Source: Sedimentisphaerales bacterium (GTDB lineage Bacteria > Planctomycetota > Phycisphaerae > Sedimentisphaerales > SM23-30). From it: a stretch of DNA of 64,000 bases. Positions 51,474 to 61,265 of this stretch are shown piece by piece (position 1 is the first letter of the stretch; each line of letters starts with the position of its first letter). The notes under the pieces were generated by a model, which searched no databases, was not told the DNA's origin, and was given only the letters and a program-made list of their open reading frames with translations. The stretch is taken from positions 128,001 to 192,000 of the forward strand of contig CAXXMR010000009.1 of the NCBI GenBank assembly GCA_963663805.2. Direction: 5' to 3'. A program made the position numbers and the translations under genes.

Positions 51474-52232
51474 ATGTTTGATTTGACGGGGAAAACCGCT
51501 CTGGTTACCGGTGCGAGTCGCGGTCTGGGCCAGTATTTTGGGCGGGCGTTGGCCGGTAGCGGTGCGGATTTGATAATTACGGCGCGGCAGCGTGAATCGT
51601 TAAATGATTTTGCGAAAGAGATAGAAGCTCTGGGGCGTAAGGTTTATGCGGTGGAGCTGGATGTTCGTGATTATGACAGTATTTCGCGGCTGGCGGCTGA
51701 AGTTGGTCAGGTTGATATTCTAGTGAATAATGCCGGGTGTAATGTTCGCAAGCCTTCGATTGAGGTTAGCTGGGATGAATGGAATCTGGTTTTGGATACG
51801 AATTTACGGGGGACGTTTTTTGTATGTCAGGCGATAGGGCGGGGGATGATTGAGCGGCAGTATGGGCGGATAATCAATGTTGGGTCGGTGACGTCGGTTT
51901 TTGGTTACGCGGGGCTGGGGCCATATTGTGCGAGCCGGGGCGGGGTTAAGCAGTTGACGATGAGTCTGGCGGATGAGTGGGGGGCGCATGGGGTTACGGT
52001 GAACTGTCTGGCGCCGGGGTGGTTCAAGACTGCTCAGAATCAGGTTTTGTATGAGAATGAGAAATGGGTTGATTATATCAGGGACAGGATACCTGTAAAG
52101 CGTCCGGGCGAGCCTCATGATTTGGATGCGGCGGTGGTTTTTCTGGCTTCTGAGGAAAGCCGATATGTGACGGGGCAGACGCTTTTGGTTGACGGGGGGA
52201 TTTCGACGGGGGCGACCAAGGCGACGGTTTAG
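51474..52232 (+). CDS. SDR oxidoreductase (gluconate 5-dehydrogenase/KduD-like)
   Basis: TGASRGLG, NNAG, YCASR (Arg at the usual YxxxK Lys) and VDGG. Confidence 0.9.
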   Translation: MFDLTGKTALVTGASRGLGQYFGRALAGSGADLIITARQRESLNDFAKEIEALGRKVYAVELDVRDYDSISRLAAEVGQVDILVNNAGCNVRKPSIEVSWDEWNLVLDTNLRGTFFVCQAIGRGMIERQYGRIINVGSVTSVFGYAGLGPYCASRGGVKQLTMSLADEWGAHGVTVNCLAPGWFKTAQNQVLYENEKWVDYIRDRIPVKRPGEPHDLDAAVVFLASEESRYVTGQTLLVDGGISTGATKATV

Positions 52233-52233
52233 T

Positions 52234-52580
52234 GTGAGTTTTCGGCAAGCGTGAAAAAAAGAATTTATTCGGGGGTGTCGGAGTTTTGCAGCCTGTCTTT
52301 GTAGTTCCAGGGCATCCAGTTAGCTGGGGATGACGTGGCGGTATCGAGGTGCTTTTGCAGTTGGGTGAGGTAATCGAACGGGTTGACTTTATTCAGTTCG
52401 CAGGTATGGATAACGCTCATGAACAGGTCGCCCACCCGGGCACCGTTGAGAGTTTTGTAGAAGCAGGCGTTTTTCCGGTGCAGAATGGCCTTCTTCAAGG
52501 CCCGTTCGCAGATATTATTGTCCAGCGGTGCACCGGGCTGTCTCGGGAACAGCGTCAGTTTCTGCCAGTGTCGAAGCACC
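52234..52580 (-). pseudogene. IS66-family transposase C-terminal remnant with a probable terminal IR
   Basis: LDNNICERALK...RKN..FYKT..GA...D.FMS.IHTC.LN.VNPFDYL...WMPWN. GTGAGTTTTCGGC at 52234-52246 resembles an IS66 end. Confidence 0.8.
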
Positions 52581-52774
52581 GCCCACCGCCCCACCGGTGC
52601 CCAAAACGGTGCTCTCCGGTGCCCAATTTGGTGCTGGATGGCAGGTCACCGGAGATTATGGCTGTCCACCACTGGCAAGACATGCCCACCACGCACCAGT
52701 CTACAACACACACAACTATCTACAAAATAAAAGCTTAGATAAACCAAGGCAGCCCCCGGCAAATAATGGCAAAA

Positions 52775-52815
52775 AGCGGGCGATGAGAATCGAACTTACA
52801 TGGCCAGCTTGGAAG
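52775..52815 (-). other. 3' half of tRNA-Gly(TCC), att-like core
   Basis: Minus strand reads CTTCCAA GCTGG CCAT GTAAG TTCGATT CTCAT CGCCCGC T. Similarity stops at the anticodon loop and there is no 5' half. Confidence 0.8.
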
Positions 52816-53059
52816 CATGAGGAGGCATTAACGTAAAACCTTGACAAATAAGCAGTTATGCGGAAACCATATTCAAGGGTGACCTAAACAGTGCCGGAGG
52901 AGTGGCAAGGATAGCATCCTTTTGTCAATCGATGACAATAGTCGAGGGTTTGAGGTTGACAAGAATTAAACACAAAAACCCCTTTCTCAACACAAAAATA
53001 TATCATAAACTCAAGAAATATGCTTGAAATACGCAAAATACTGTTTACAATATGCAATA

Positions 53060-54217
53060 ATGATTCAAAGAATATTACATAGTCAGATATTGCAGTCTTT
53101 ACAGCACTTTCCTGCGGTTGGACTGATTGGTGCCCGACAGGTAGGTAAAACAACTTTGGCTCGAGTGATCGCCAAACAATGGCCGGAAAAAACGCTCTAT
53201 CTTGACCTTGAACTACCTACTGACTATTCGACCTTGAGCGAGCCAGAACTTTTTCTTTCTCAGCATGCCGAAAAACTAATTATTATTGACGAAATTCAAC
53301 TGCGAAGCGACTTGTTTCCCGTCCTGAGAAGTCTGATCGATATGGATCGCCATCCGGGACGTTTTTTGCTCTTGGGATCATCGAGCCCAGATCTTATTCG
53401 CCAATCCGGCGAATCCTTAGCAGGACGAATCGCATACCACGAGCTTTCACCATTCCTTCTAAGCGAATTATCACCAGAAAAAATAACCGAACTTTGGATG
53501 CGGGGAGGCTTTCCTGACAGCACCCTCTCACAATCAGATGATATCTCTGTACAATGGCGTGAAGATTTCATTATGACTTATCTGCAGCGGGATTTATCTT
53601 CTATGGGATATGACATCCGAATTCCCGCAATGAAACTCAGGCGTTTTTGGCAGATGCTGGCGCATACCCATGGCCATTTGACAAATTTCAGTCAATTAGC
53701 AATGAATATGGACCTATCCAGACAATCTATTCGAAAATATCTCGATATATTGCAGGAAACTTTTATGATCCGTCAGCTTCAGCCGTTTCATGCGAATTTA
53801 AAAAAAAGGCTGGTTAAGTCTCCAAAGATATTTATTCGCGACAGTGGCATACTGCATACACTCATGGCTATCAATACATTTCAAGAACTGATGGGGCATT
53901 CTGCACTAGGAATGAGTTGGGAAGGTTTCTGTATCGAGCAAATATTAAATCAGATTCCTCGTTCATGGGAGACTTTTTTCTATAGAACCCAAGTTGGGGC
54001 AGAAGTAGATTTGGTTTTGCAGCGGAGCTTTGGCGAAGCACCCATATTTATCGAATTTAAGTACTCACAATCTCCGAAACTGACAAAAGGCTTTTGGGAA
54101 GCAAAATCAGATTTACAACCCAAAGCCTGCTATGTAATATATCCGGGAACAAAATCCTATCCTTTGACAGACTCTGTTGAAGTCCTGCCTTTATCCCAAA
54201 TCAGCAAAATCTGGTAG
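53060..54217 (+). CDS. AAA_14 ATPase with DUF4143 domain
   Basis: GARQVGKTT, IIDEIQ, LLGSSS, ESLAGR, RGGFP, KSPK.FIRDSG and EVD...IEFK. Confidence 0.92.
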   Translation: MIQRILHSQILQSLQHFPAVGLIGARQVGKTTLARVIAKQWPEKTLYLDLELPTDYSTLSEPELFLSQHAEKLIIIDEIQLRSDLFPVLRSLIDMDRHPGRFLLLGSSSPDLIRQSGESLAGRIAYHELSPFLLSELSPEKITELWMRGGFPDSTLSQSDDISVQWREDFIMTYLQRDLSSMGYDIRIPAMKLRRFWQMLAHTHGHLTNFSQLAMNMDLSRQSIRKYLDILQETFMIRQLQPFHANLKKRLVKSPKIFIRDSGILHTLMAINTFQELMGHSALGMSWEGFCIEQILNQIPRSWETFFYRTQVGAEVDLVLQRSFGEAPIFIEFKYSQSPKLTKGFWEAKSDLQPKACYVIYPGTKSYPLTDSVEVLPLSQISKIW

Positions 54218-54664
54218 AATAAACGCACCATCTACCATATTGGCTAGGGCTTTGTAAAAATTAAATACACCTATTCGATCTGTCCGATAATGACTCCATA
54301 AGCCGATTTTTCATGGAGTCTGTTATGAATAAGAAGTACATTGTTCGTCTAAGCGACGAAGAACGCCGTGAATTGGTTGAGGTCATTAACAAGCTCAAGG
54401 GAACCTCGCAAAAAGTCAAGCGTGCGCAAATATTACTCAAGGCGGATGCCGACGGCCCTAACTGGCCTCACCATCAAATTGCCGAAGCGTTTCTATGTCG
54501 CGTCAAAACCGTGTCGAATGTTTGTAGGTCCCTGGTGGAACGAGGATTTGACATAACCTTGAATGGCAAAAAGCGTGATACGCCGCCTCGCGCTAAATCC
54601 AAGCTAATCCACCGGCTCTGCCGGTGAGAATTTATAAGGCTCTGCCGTTAAGTGCGTTACAATG

Positions 54665-54701
54665 GTCCTCCTTGAGGAAGGCTCCTGGGGTCAAGGAGGA
54701 C
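54665..54701 (+). promoter_or_regulatory. Hairpin occluding the tnpA ribosome-binding site
   Basis: GTCCTCCTTGA (54665-54675) pairs perfectly with TCAAGGAGGAC (54691-54701), which contains the SD just upstream of ATG 54705. Confidence 0.8.
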
Positions 54702-54704
54702 ACT

Positions 54705-55130
54705 ATGAAAGACTGGCAGAGTCAGGCCCATGTAAAATGGGACTGTAAGTATCATGTTGTTATTGTACCCAAATATCGTCGCAAAGCAATATTTGGTAAG
54801 TTGCGAAAGGAAATAGGTGCGATATTGCGAGAATTGTGCCGCCAGTATGGGATAGAGCTTATAGAAGGTAACGCCATAGCAGACCATATTCATATGCTCC
54901 TGAGCGTTCCGCCCAAGTACAGCATCGCTATGACCATCGGTTATCTCAAAGGTAAAAGTGCCATCCGGATTTCTCGTGATCTGATGCGTACCAAAGGCAC
55001 TCTCTTTGGCCGCAGTTTTTGGTCTCGCGGTTATTGTGTAAGTACCGTTGGTCTTGATGAAGCCCATATTCGTAAGTACATTCAAGATCAGGACAAGCAT
55101 GAGCAAAATATTGAAAAAGGATTAGACTAA
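54705..55130 (+). CDS. tnpA: IS200/IS605-family Y1 (HUH) transposase
   Basis: KYHVV.VPKYRR, DHIHML, YLKGKSA, FWSRGY.VSTVG and IRKYI..Q. Confidence 0.95.
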   Translation: MKDWQSQAHVKWDCKYHVVIVPKYRRKAIFGKLRKEIGAILRELCRQYGIELIEGNAIADHIHMLLSVPPKYSIAMTIGYLKGKSAIRISRDLMRTKGTLFGRSFWSRGYCVSTVGLDEAHIRKYIQDQDKHEQNIEKGLD

Positions 55131-55740
55131 CTGTAATGGCCCCTTTTAGGGGCCTTCCTCATACCACCGGCTCTGCCGGTGGTCATTGATTTGCTGGACG
55201 GCCAGCAGGAAGCCAAGATCATTGCACTGAGATTGAGCGAGCCGCCGGCAGGGTATAGCAACTGGTCACTGCGACTGCTCGCCGAGAAAGCAGTTGAATT
55301 AGAGATTGTGGATTCCATCAGTCATACGGCGGTTAGTACCACCTTAAAAAAAATGACATGACGAAACGGAAAATTCAGTATTGGGTGATTCCGCCGGATC
55401 AAAGCAGCGAATTTGTGGCCTGCATGGAAGATGTCCTGGATGTCTATGCGATGCCATATGATCCGGATTTTCCGGTTGTTTGTATGGATGAGCAACCGGT
55501 TCAGTTATACGCCCAAACACGGCAGTTGGCTCAATATTGCTGAAAACGAACTGAGTTCGATGACCCGGCAATGTTTGAAAGATCGAAAAATGACAGATAT
55601 TGATATGCTGAAAAAAGAGACGAGTGCCTGGGCTACAAATTCCAATGAAAAACAGAGAGGTGTGGACTGGCAATTTAAGGTAGAAGAGGCCAGATGTAAA
55701 CTTCGCTCACTCTACCCGAATATTTAAGGATTACAAGGCA

Positions 55741-56250
55741 CTAGCCTCCGAAATACAAGTTTCTGTTGATACCGTTCGTCGCTGGACAACCACTCTCTGT
55801 AATCTGCATCTTGGTTTTCTGGTCAGGCCCTGGTTTAAAAACATTTCACGTTCACTCAGAAAAGAGCCCAAATGGTTCCTTCGAGACTGGTCAGCAATTG
55901 AAGATATTGGAGAAAAAGCAGAAACCTTTGTCGCTTGCCATCTCTTAAAAACCGTAGAAGGCTGGAACGATATGGGACTTGGCAATTTTCAGCTGGGATA
56001 TTTAAAAGATAGAAATCAACGAGAAATAGACTTTATTGTCATCAAAGATGGAAAACCCTGGTTTCTTGCCGAGGTTAAATATGCCGACAAGACTACGAGC
56101 CCGTCCTTGCAATTTTTTCAGGAACAAACAAAGGCACCATTTGCGTTTCAAATTGTCATAAAAGCCGACTATGTTGATGCTGATTGTTTTTCTCCTCAAG
56201 ATCGTCCCATGATTGTACCGGCGAAAACTTTTCTCTCACAATTACTATAA
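55741..56250 (+). pseudogene. C-terminal fragment of a second AAA/DUF4143 protein, N-terminus missing
   Basis: Open frame from the IS630 end: LASEIQVSVDTVRRW...RSLRKEPKWFLRDW...ETFVACHLLK...REIDF...AEVK. Confidence 0.8.
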
Positions 56251-56759
56251 TATCACGGTTGCTAACCTATCACATTAATTACAAGCTTCGATATTGCCTT
56301 CCAGCCGAGAGCATTGCTTCTAATTATGGTAACAATATAATTACCTTCCTTCGCAAATGAATGAATGCACAATCAATGGCGGCCTCACATGACACTTGAT
56401 GGTTTAAGGCCAAATGTTATCTTCTATGACAATAAACCAGAAATACCTGGCAACGACGCGAAAGAAGTGCCACCCAATATTGAGCAACACTATTTCAGCC
56501 AAACCCGAACAATGGGCTATCGACTAAAACAGCCTGTTTGAATTTTGGTCAATCCAAGGCTTAACTGCGATATCGTTCTGCGCAGATTTTGTGTTTTGCC
56601 GACAAGCCTGCCAATAATCCGACGATTTACCATTCAGCATCCTTTGATAACGCTGAATCTGAACTCACATGGACTTTTCAAAGAGCAAAATTTTCAATTT
56701 TCAACCGCTCAAAAGCGGTATCACGCTTGCTTGACAAGTACATTGCTACTCGGTTCTGG

Positions 56760-57686
56760 TTAGAGGGTGGCGATGAATTCGTTGAGTTCGTTTAGTGTGG
56801 GCATGGAGGACTGGGCTCCCATTTTGGTGACGGAGAAGGCTGCTACTTTGTTGGCGAACAGGGCGGCGTCGCGTAGTGACTTGCCCTGATTGAGGGCGCA
56901 GGCGAGGCTGCCGGTGAAGGCATCGCCCGCGGCGGTTGAGTCTACAGCGTTTACTTTATGGCGGTCGATGAGTTCCTTGCCGTCGGCGTTGGCGATCATG
57001 AAGCCTTTGTCACCGAGCGTGATGATAACGTTTTTGACGCCTTTAGCGAGCAGGGCATCGGCGGCCTGTGCGGCGGATTTTTCGTTGGTAACCTTTATGC
57101 CGGTAATGGTTTGGGCTTCGGTTTCGTTGGGTTTGATAATGTCGGTCAGGGCGAGCAGTTCAGCGCTGAGCGGGGCGGCGGGGGCCGGGTCCAGAATGAA
57201 CGGTACATTTTTGGATTTGGCGATCTTGGCGGCGGCCAGGACGGTTTCCATGGGAATCTCCAGTTGGGCGACTACCGCACTGGCCTGGGCGATGTCGTCA
57301 GCAGCTGCCTCAACGTCGGCGGGTGTTAGCTTGCTGTTTGCACCAGGTACTACGATGATGATATTCCTGCCGTTATCATCAATGGCGATCAGGGCGACGC
57401 CGGAAGGGACATCGGGGAGCTGTTTGATATGTTTGGCGTTGATCTTGACGGTATCGAAGTTTTCCAGTGACTTGGCGGCGTAAATATCCTGGCCGAGCCG
57501 GGCCACGAAAATGACATTTGCGCCGAGTTTGGCGGCGGCGACGGCTTGGTTGGCACCTTTGCCGCCGGGCACCATGAAGAAATCTGTCCCTAACAGGGTC
57601 TGGCCGATGACAGGAATCTGGGGCGATTTGCAGACGAGGTCCATGTTGCTGCTGCCGACTACTACGATGGGTTTGAATTCTGCCAT
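56760..57686 (-). CDS. rbsK: Ribokinase
   Basis: VVVGSSNMD, PGGKGANQAVAAA, QLEIP, PNETEA and DSTAAGDAF. Confidence 0.93.
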   Translation of the reverse strand: MAEFKPIVVVGSSNMDLVCKSPQIPVIGQTLLGTDFFMVPGGKGANQAVAAAKLGANVIFVARLGQDIYAAKSLENFDTVKINAKHIKQLPDVPSGVALIAIDDNGRNIIIVVPGANSKLTPADVEAAADDIAQASAVVAQLEIPMETVLAAAKIAKSKNVPFILDPAPAAPLSAELLALTDIIKPNETEAQTITGIKVTNEKSAAQAADALLAKGVKNVIITLGDKGFMIANADGKELIDRHKVNAVDSTAAGDAFTGSLACALNQGKSLRDAALFANKVAAFSVTKMGAQSSMPTLNELNEFIATL

Positions 57687-57708
57687 TACTTGAGACTCCT
57701 TTTTCTCT

Positions 57709-59412
57709 TTATTTGATCGATATGTCCACAAAAGTTATAGTTACCGCCTCTGAGCTGTCGGTGGTAAATTTCAGAGTGTTAAAGCCGGGGCGAAGCCGAC
57801 CCAGCGGGATGGACCAGGCCTTGAGGGTGCCGGCATTGCCGAGCAGTTGGGGGTAGGGGTTCGCAAACGGCTCAGAACTGTCACCATAGGGTTCGGCGTT
57901 GACATTATTGATGCAGAGGTTGACCTGTCTGTCGGCCCAGAGGACATCGGTTTGCAGGCGGATGACGGCGGTGCCGGAACAGTCCCGACCGAGGTCGGGA
58001 TGGGCCATGTCCAAGGCCAGGATGCACGGGTTGTCGTCGCTGAGCGTGCGGGGGACCATTTTCTCTATGTTATCGGGCAATGTCATGTACTCAGTAATAT
58101 AATAATGCCAGCCTTTATACAAGCAATAATTTTGCGGTTTTTGAGCGACGGTGTTGGGGTCGGCCAGCGTTCGTATAATGTGCAGGGGTGGTTCGTGAAC
58201 GGGTGCATCTTTGATGTCTGGGAAGCGGTAGTATGGGAAGTTGAAAATGCTGACTCCCTGAGCTCCTCGTGCGTAGGCAAGTGCGGCCGCGGCGTAGAAC
58301 TGCTCGTCGGTGGTTCTTCGGGATATGTATTGGGTTCCGGAACCGTTGACGTAGATGCTTTGCAGGGCGGAATTGAAGGTCATTTCGTGATAGACGGAGG
58401 AGTTTGGCAGCAGGCGGGTCACTTCGGCCATGTCGCTTTGCTGGCCGGAACGGTAGAAGTTGGACAGGTTAAACATGTCAACTCCAGCGTTGGCCATCTG
58501 CTGGAGGTCGAGGCCGCGGGGATCGTAAGCACAAGTGAATGCGGGGATTCTGACGCAGAGCCAGCGATGCTGGCCGGGCTGGGCGGTGTCATCGAGGAGC
58601 TGGCGGATGCGGCTGATGAAACTCAGTACGATCTGGAGGCGTTCGCCGCTGGTGGTCTGGTCCTGACGGAAGAGGGTATGATGGCGCATGAAATCGAGTT
58701 CCAGCCCGTCAATGTCATACTGGCAGACTTCAGCGATGAAATTATAGATGCGATCGCGGACGGCCTGGATGCCCCAGTTCATGGTGTATTCCTCGCGGAG
58801 CTGGCTGACCATACCGGGCTGCTGGATGACTGTTAGAGGATCGGTACTCAGGTCGGTGCGATCTTCCGGGTCGCTGAGGCAGTAATCGAGGTGTTCATAA
58901 CGCCACTGGTCGATCATTAAGTCCGCCCAGGTGGTCGGCAGGGCGGTGCCTTGTGGCATGGCGATGAATTCCATCTCGTGATGGTCGTTGACGCGGTAGG
59001 AGATAAATGGGGAAATGCCGCGAGTGCGACACTGGTCGATGAAGACCGCAACCACGTCGCCGCCGTCGAGCATGTAATTGGTCAGAGGGTTGGGGGCTTG
59101 GGAGAAGGTGGCGTAGAACCACTGCATATGCTCGGCGAACGGGTAAATGTCGCTGTTCCAGAAAGGGACAAAACCATAGCCCGGCGCGAGCATGTGTACA
59201 TCGAACCCGGCGTCAACGGTTTCGTCGACCGAGCCGCGAATCATCATTTCCATGGTCTGGCCGGAGGAGTTCCACGGACTTTTGCAGCCGTAAAGGTTCA
59301 TCAGGTCATTGTTGTAGAGGGCCCGGAAGGGGGCTTTTTCGGCGTGCGACAGGCTGGGGGAAATGATTAAAAGTAAAAACGCGATAATAATAATTCCGGT
59401 GAATCTGATCAT
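57709..59412 (-). CDS. Secreted TIM-barrel glycoside-hydrolase-like protein (GHL10/DUF187-like)
   Basis: Signal peptide. YNND, SYRVNDHH, YDIDGLELDFMRH and G.SIFNF. Confidence 0.7.
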   Translation of the reverse strand: MIRFTGIIIIAFLLLIISPSLSHAEKAPFRALYNNDLMNLYGCKSPWNSSGQTMEMMIRGSVDETVDAGFDVHMLAPGYGFVPFWNSDIYPFAEHMQWFYATFSQAPNPLTNYMLDGGDVVAVFIDQCRTRGISPFISYRVNDHHEMEFIAMPQGTALPTTWADLMIDQWRYEHLDYCLSDPEDRTDLSTDPLTVIQQPGMVSQLREEYTMNWGIQAVRDRIYNFIAEVCQYDIDGLELDFMRHHTLFRQDQTTSGERLQIVLSFISRIRQLLDDTAQPGQHRWLCVRIPAFTCAYDPRGLDLQQMANAGVDMFNLSNFYRSGQQSDMAEVTRLLPNSSVYHEMTFNSALQSIYVNGSGTQYISRRTTDEQFYAAAALAYARGAQGVSIFNFPYYRFPDIKDAPVHEPPLHIIRTLADPNTVAQKPQNYCLYKGWHYYITEYMTLPDNIEKMVPRTLSDDNPCILALDMAHPDLGRDCSGTAVIRLQTDVLWADRQVNLCINNVNAEPYGDSSEPFANPYPQLLGNAGTLKAWSIPLGRLRPGFNTLKFTTDSSEAVTITFVDISIK

Positions 59413-59427
59413 TTTATTATTCGTCCG

Positions 59428-61224
59428 TTAATAGGGCAGGGGGTCAAGGTAAGTTAGCCAGTTCTGGGCCAGGATGGCCAGGTCCACAAGGTCAACTCCG
59501 CAATCGAAATTTAAATCACCGGCAGGGAAGGGGTTTTCTTCATCACCGCAGATGCCGGTTTCGTAAGCGCCTTTATCGACCAGGGCGCTTAATATCCGGG
59601 ATGCCCCGGTGATGTCCTGAGTGATGTCCGTGGGGATAAGCGAGTTCGAGCCGGTATTAATACAGGGTGAAACTTCGCAAATCCTTACATCGTCGTCGGC
59701 GGTACCGGGGATGTTGTCCGGGCCGTTGGGCAGGATGAGCATGGGGTTTTCGTCGCTGTTGTTATTGCCCGTGCCGGACCAGCCGGATTTGATGGTACTG
59801 TAATAAATCTCCACCAGACCGGAAGTGTCATAAACTTCACGGGTACCGTCCCAGAGGATGGAGTTGTAGACTCTGATGGTGTCGCCGGAATCCGCGAACA
59901 ACGCGTCGCCGTAAGTGCCGGAGTTGTTGGAGAAGGTACAGTTGTAGATGGAGGGTATGTCATTGCGGCAATGGAATGCGCCGCCCTGCACGGAACTGTT
60001 GCCGGAGAATACCGTGTTGACGATTTCCGGATAGGAGTTGGTGGCCATGCCTCCACCGTATTCGGTTGTCGCGTTGCCCAGGAAGAAACAGTCCTGCACG
60101 CGGCAGTCGCTGGCGGCATTGTAGAAGCCGCCGCCGCGATACGCAGTGAAGGCCCCGCCGGTTTGGGTGCCGTTGTTCAGGAATGTGCAGCGGGCCAGGA
60201 GGAAGTCCGCGGCGTTGTAATTGTAAATTCCGCCGCCTTGCTCAGCGTTGTTATAGATGAAATGGCAGTCGGTGATGGAAACATCGGTTGAATGGGCGTA
60301 AATTCCGCCGCCGTAGTAGCCGGTGTTCTGATAGAACGTGCAATCGTCAATGGATGGATTTCCGCCCTGGTAGATGTGGATGGCACCACCGTGATTGTCG
60401 GAACGGTTATTGTAAAACTCACATCCGAAAACCCTTGTGTCGGCCTGACGGATAGTGATGGCGCCACCGCCGCCGATAGAGAAATTATTCTCGAATACAC
60501 AGTCGATTATATAGCCGTGACCGTAGGGGCGAACATAGATAGCTCCGCCGCGAAAAGCTCCGTTATTATGCCGGAATACGCAGTTCTGGAAGGTTGGGTC
60601 GCTGCTGACAGAGTACCAGCAAGCTCCTCCTCCGCTGGAACCGTAGTTCAAGGTGAACAGGCAGTTTCGGATGGTTGGGTCTGAGTCGCTGGGTATGACA
60701 ATTCCTCCTCCGACGTTATCAGGATAAACTTCGATGTTTGCCCATCCGCTTTTGATGGTAAATCCGTCGATAACAGCGAATTCGTTTACGTCGTTGGCGC
60801 TGAGGACATGACAACTGTTTTCTGAATAGTTGTTCCAGTTGGGCAGGTCATTATTGTTGAGGTCTGCGGAGAGGATAGTTTCGTTTGTCTGCCAGTTTCT
60901 CTGGTCGAGTTGTGTTTCAGTTCCGTTGAATCCGCCGTAGATTGATACGTTAGATTTGAGTGGGAAAGATGCGGTTCTGTCGCCGACGGTGATACCTGCG
61001 CCCTGGTCCGGTTTGTAAGTTCCTTGCGCGACCCAGATTTCATCGTAGTCCTGGGCGGCGTTTATAGCGTCCTGCAAACTGGTGTAGGCGTTGGTCCAGT
61101 TATTGCCGTTATTGGTTCCGGCTGCGTTCTGGTTGACGTAAATGGTATCGGCCTGTGTCTTGAGGTTCATAAATAAGCAGGCTGACACTGCGATCAGGGA
61201 CAGATAAAGACGCGTCCTGAGCAT
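59428..61224 (-). CDS. Secreted right-handed beta-helix (Pmp-like GGA/F..N repeat) protein with C-terminal dockerin-like motif
   Basis: W.NAY..LQDA, IWVAQGTYKPD and repeated C.F..N....GGA. SPCINTG and VDKGAYE. DLNFDCGVDLVDL....W. Confidence 0.88.
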   Translation of the reverse strand: MLRTRLYLSLIAVSACLFMNLKTQADTIYVNQNAAGTNNGNNWTNAYTSLQDAINAAQDYDEIWVAQGTYKPDQGAGITVGDRTASFPLKSNVSIYGGFNGTETQLDQRNWQTNETILSADLNNNDLPNWNNYSENSCHVLSANDVNEFAVIDGFTIKSGWANIEVYPDNVGGGIVIPSDSDPTIRNCLFTLNYGSSGGGACWYSVSSDPTFQNCVFRHNNGAFRGGAIYVRPYGHGYIIDCVFENNFSIGGGGAITIRQADTRVFGCEFYNNRSDNHGGAIHIYQGGNPSIDDCTFYQNTGYYGGGIYAHSTDVSITDCHFIYNNAEQGGGIYNYNAADFLLARCTFLNNGTQTGGAFTAYRGGGFYNAASDCRVQDCFFLGNATTEYGGGMATNSYPEIVNTVFSGNSSVQGGAFHCRNDIPSIYNCTFSNNSGTYGDALFADSGDTIRVYNSILWDGTREVYDTSGLVEIYYSTIKSGWSGTGNNNSDENPMLILPNGPDNIPGTADDDVRICEVSPCINTGSNSLIPTDITQDITGASRILSALVDKGAYETGICGDEENPFPAGDLNFDCGVDLVDLAILAQNWLTYLDPLPY

Positions 61225-61265
61225 TTTCTTTCTCCAAAAAAGATATTGTTTACGTGGTAAGATAC

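Larger units (their letters stand above)
54598..55190 (+). mobile_element. IS200-type element (tnpA only) inserted into the IS630 transposase
   Basis: Subterminal hairpins CACCGGC-TCT-GCCGGTG (54610-54626) and ACCACCGGC-TCT-GCCGGTGGT (55163-55183). Excision restores PRAK-LLDGQQEAK with no target duplication. Boundaries are +/-1. Confidence 0.9.
54247..55741 (+). mobile_element. Defective IS630-family element (interrupted by IS200, internally deleted)
   Basis: Imperfect IRs (GGGCTTTGTAAAAATTAAATA vs GTGCCTTGTAATCCTTAAATA) with TA in CTAG at each end. OrfA KKY.VRLS.EER...WSLRLLA. A8 slippery site at 55346-55353. OrfB CMDE joined directly to [13 protein letters not shown]. Confidence 0.88.

Noticed and set aside
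52775..52850. Functional tRNA-Gly gene
   Set aside because: The 5' acceptor strand and D-arm are absent and the T-stem has a mismatch.
53060..54217. AAA-DUF4143 protein as a defined anti-phage system
   Set aside because: It is a widespread stand-alone family in mobile regions. No partner genes here support a specific system.
54598..55190. TnpB/IscB RNA-guided nuclease element
   Set aside because: The element is about 590 bp and its right-end hairpin follows tnpA directly, leaving no room for tnpB.
56251..56759. AT-rich stretch with short ORFs (possible gene remnants)
   Set aside because: No recognisable motif, RBS or structure, so it cannot be supported as a feature.
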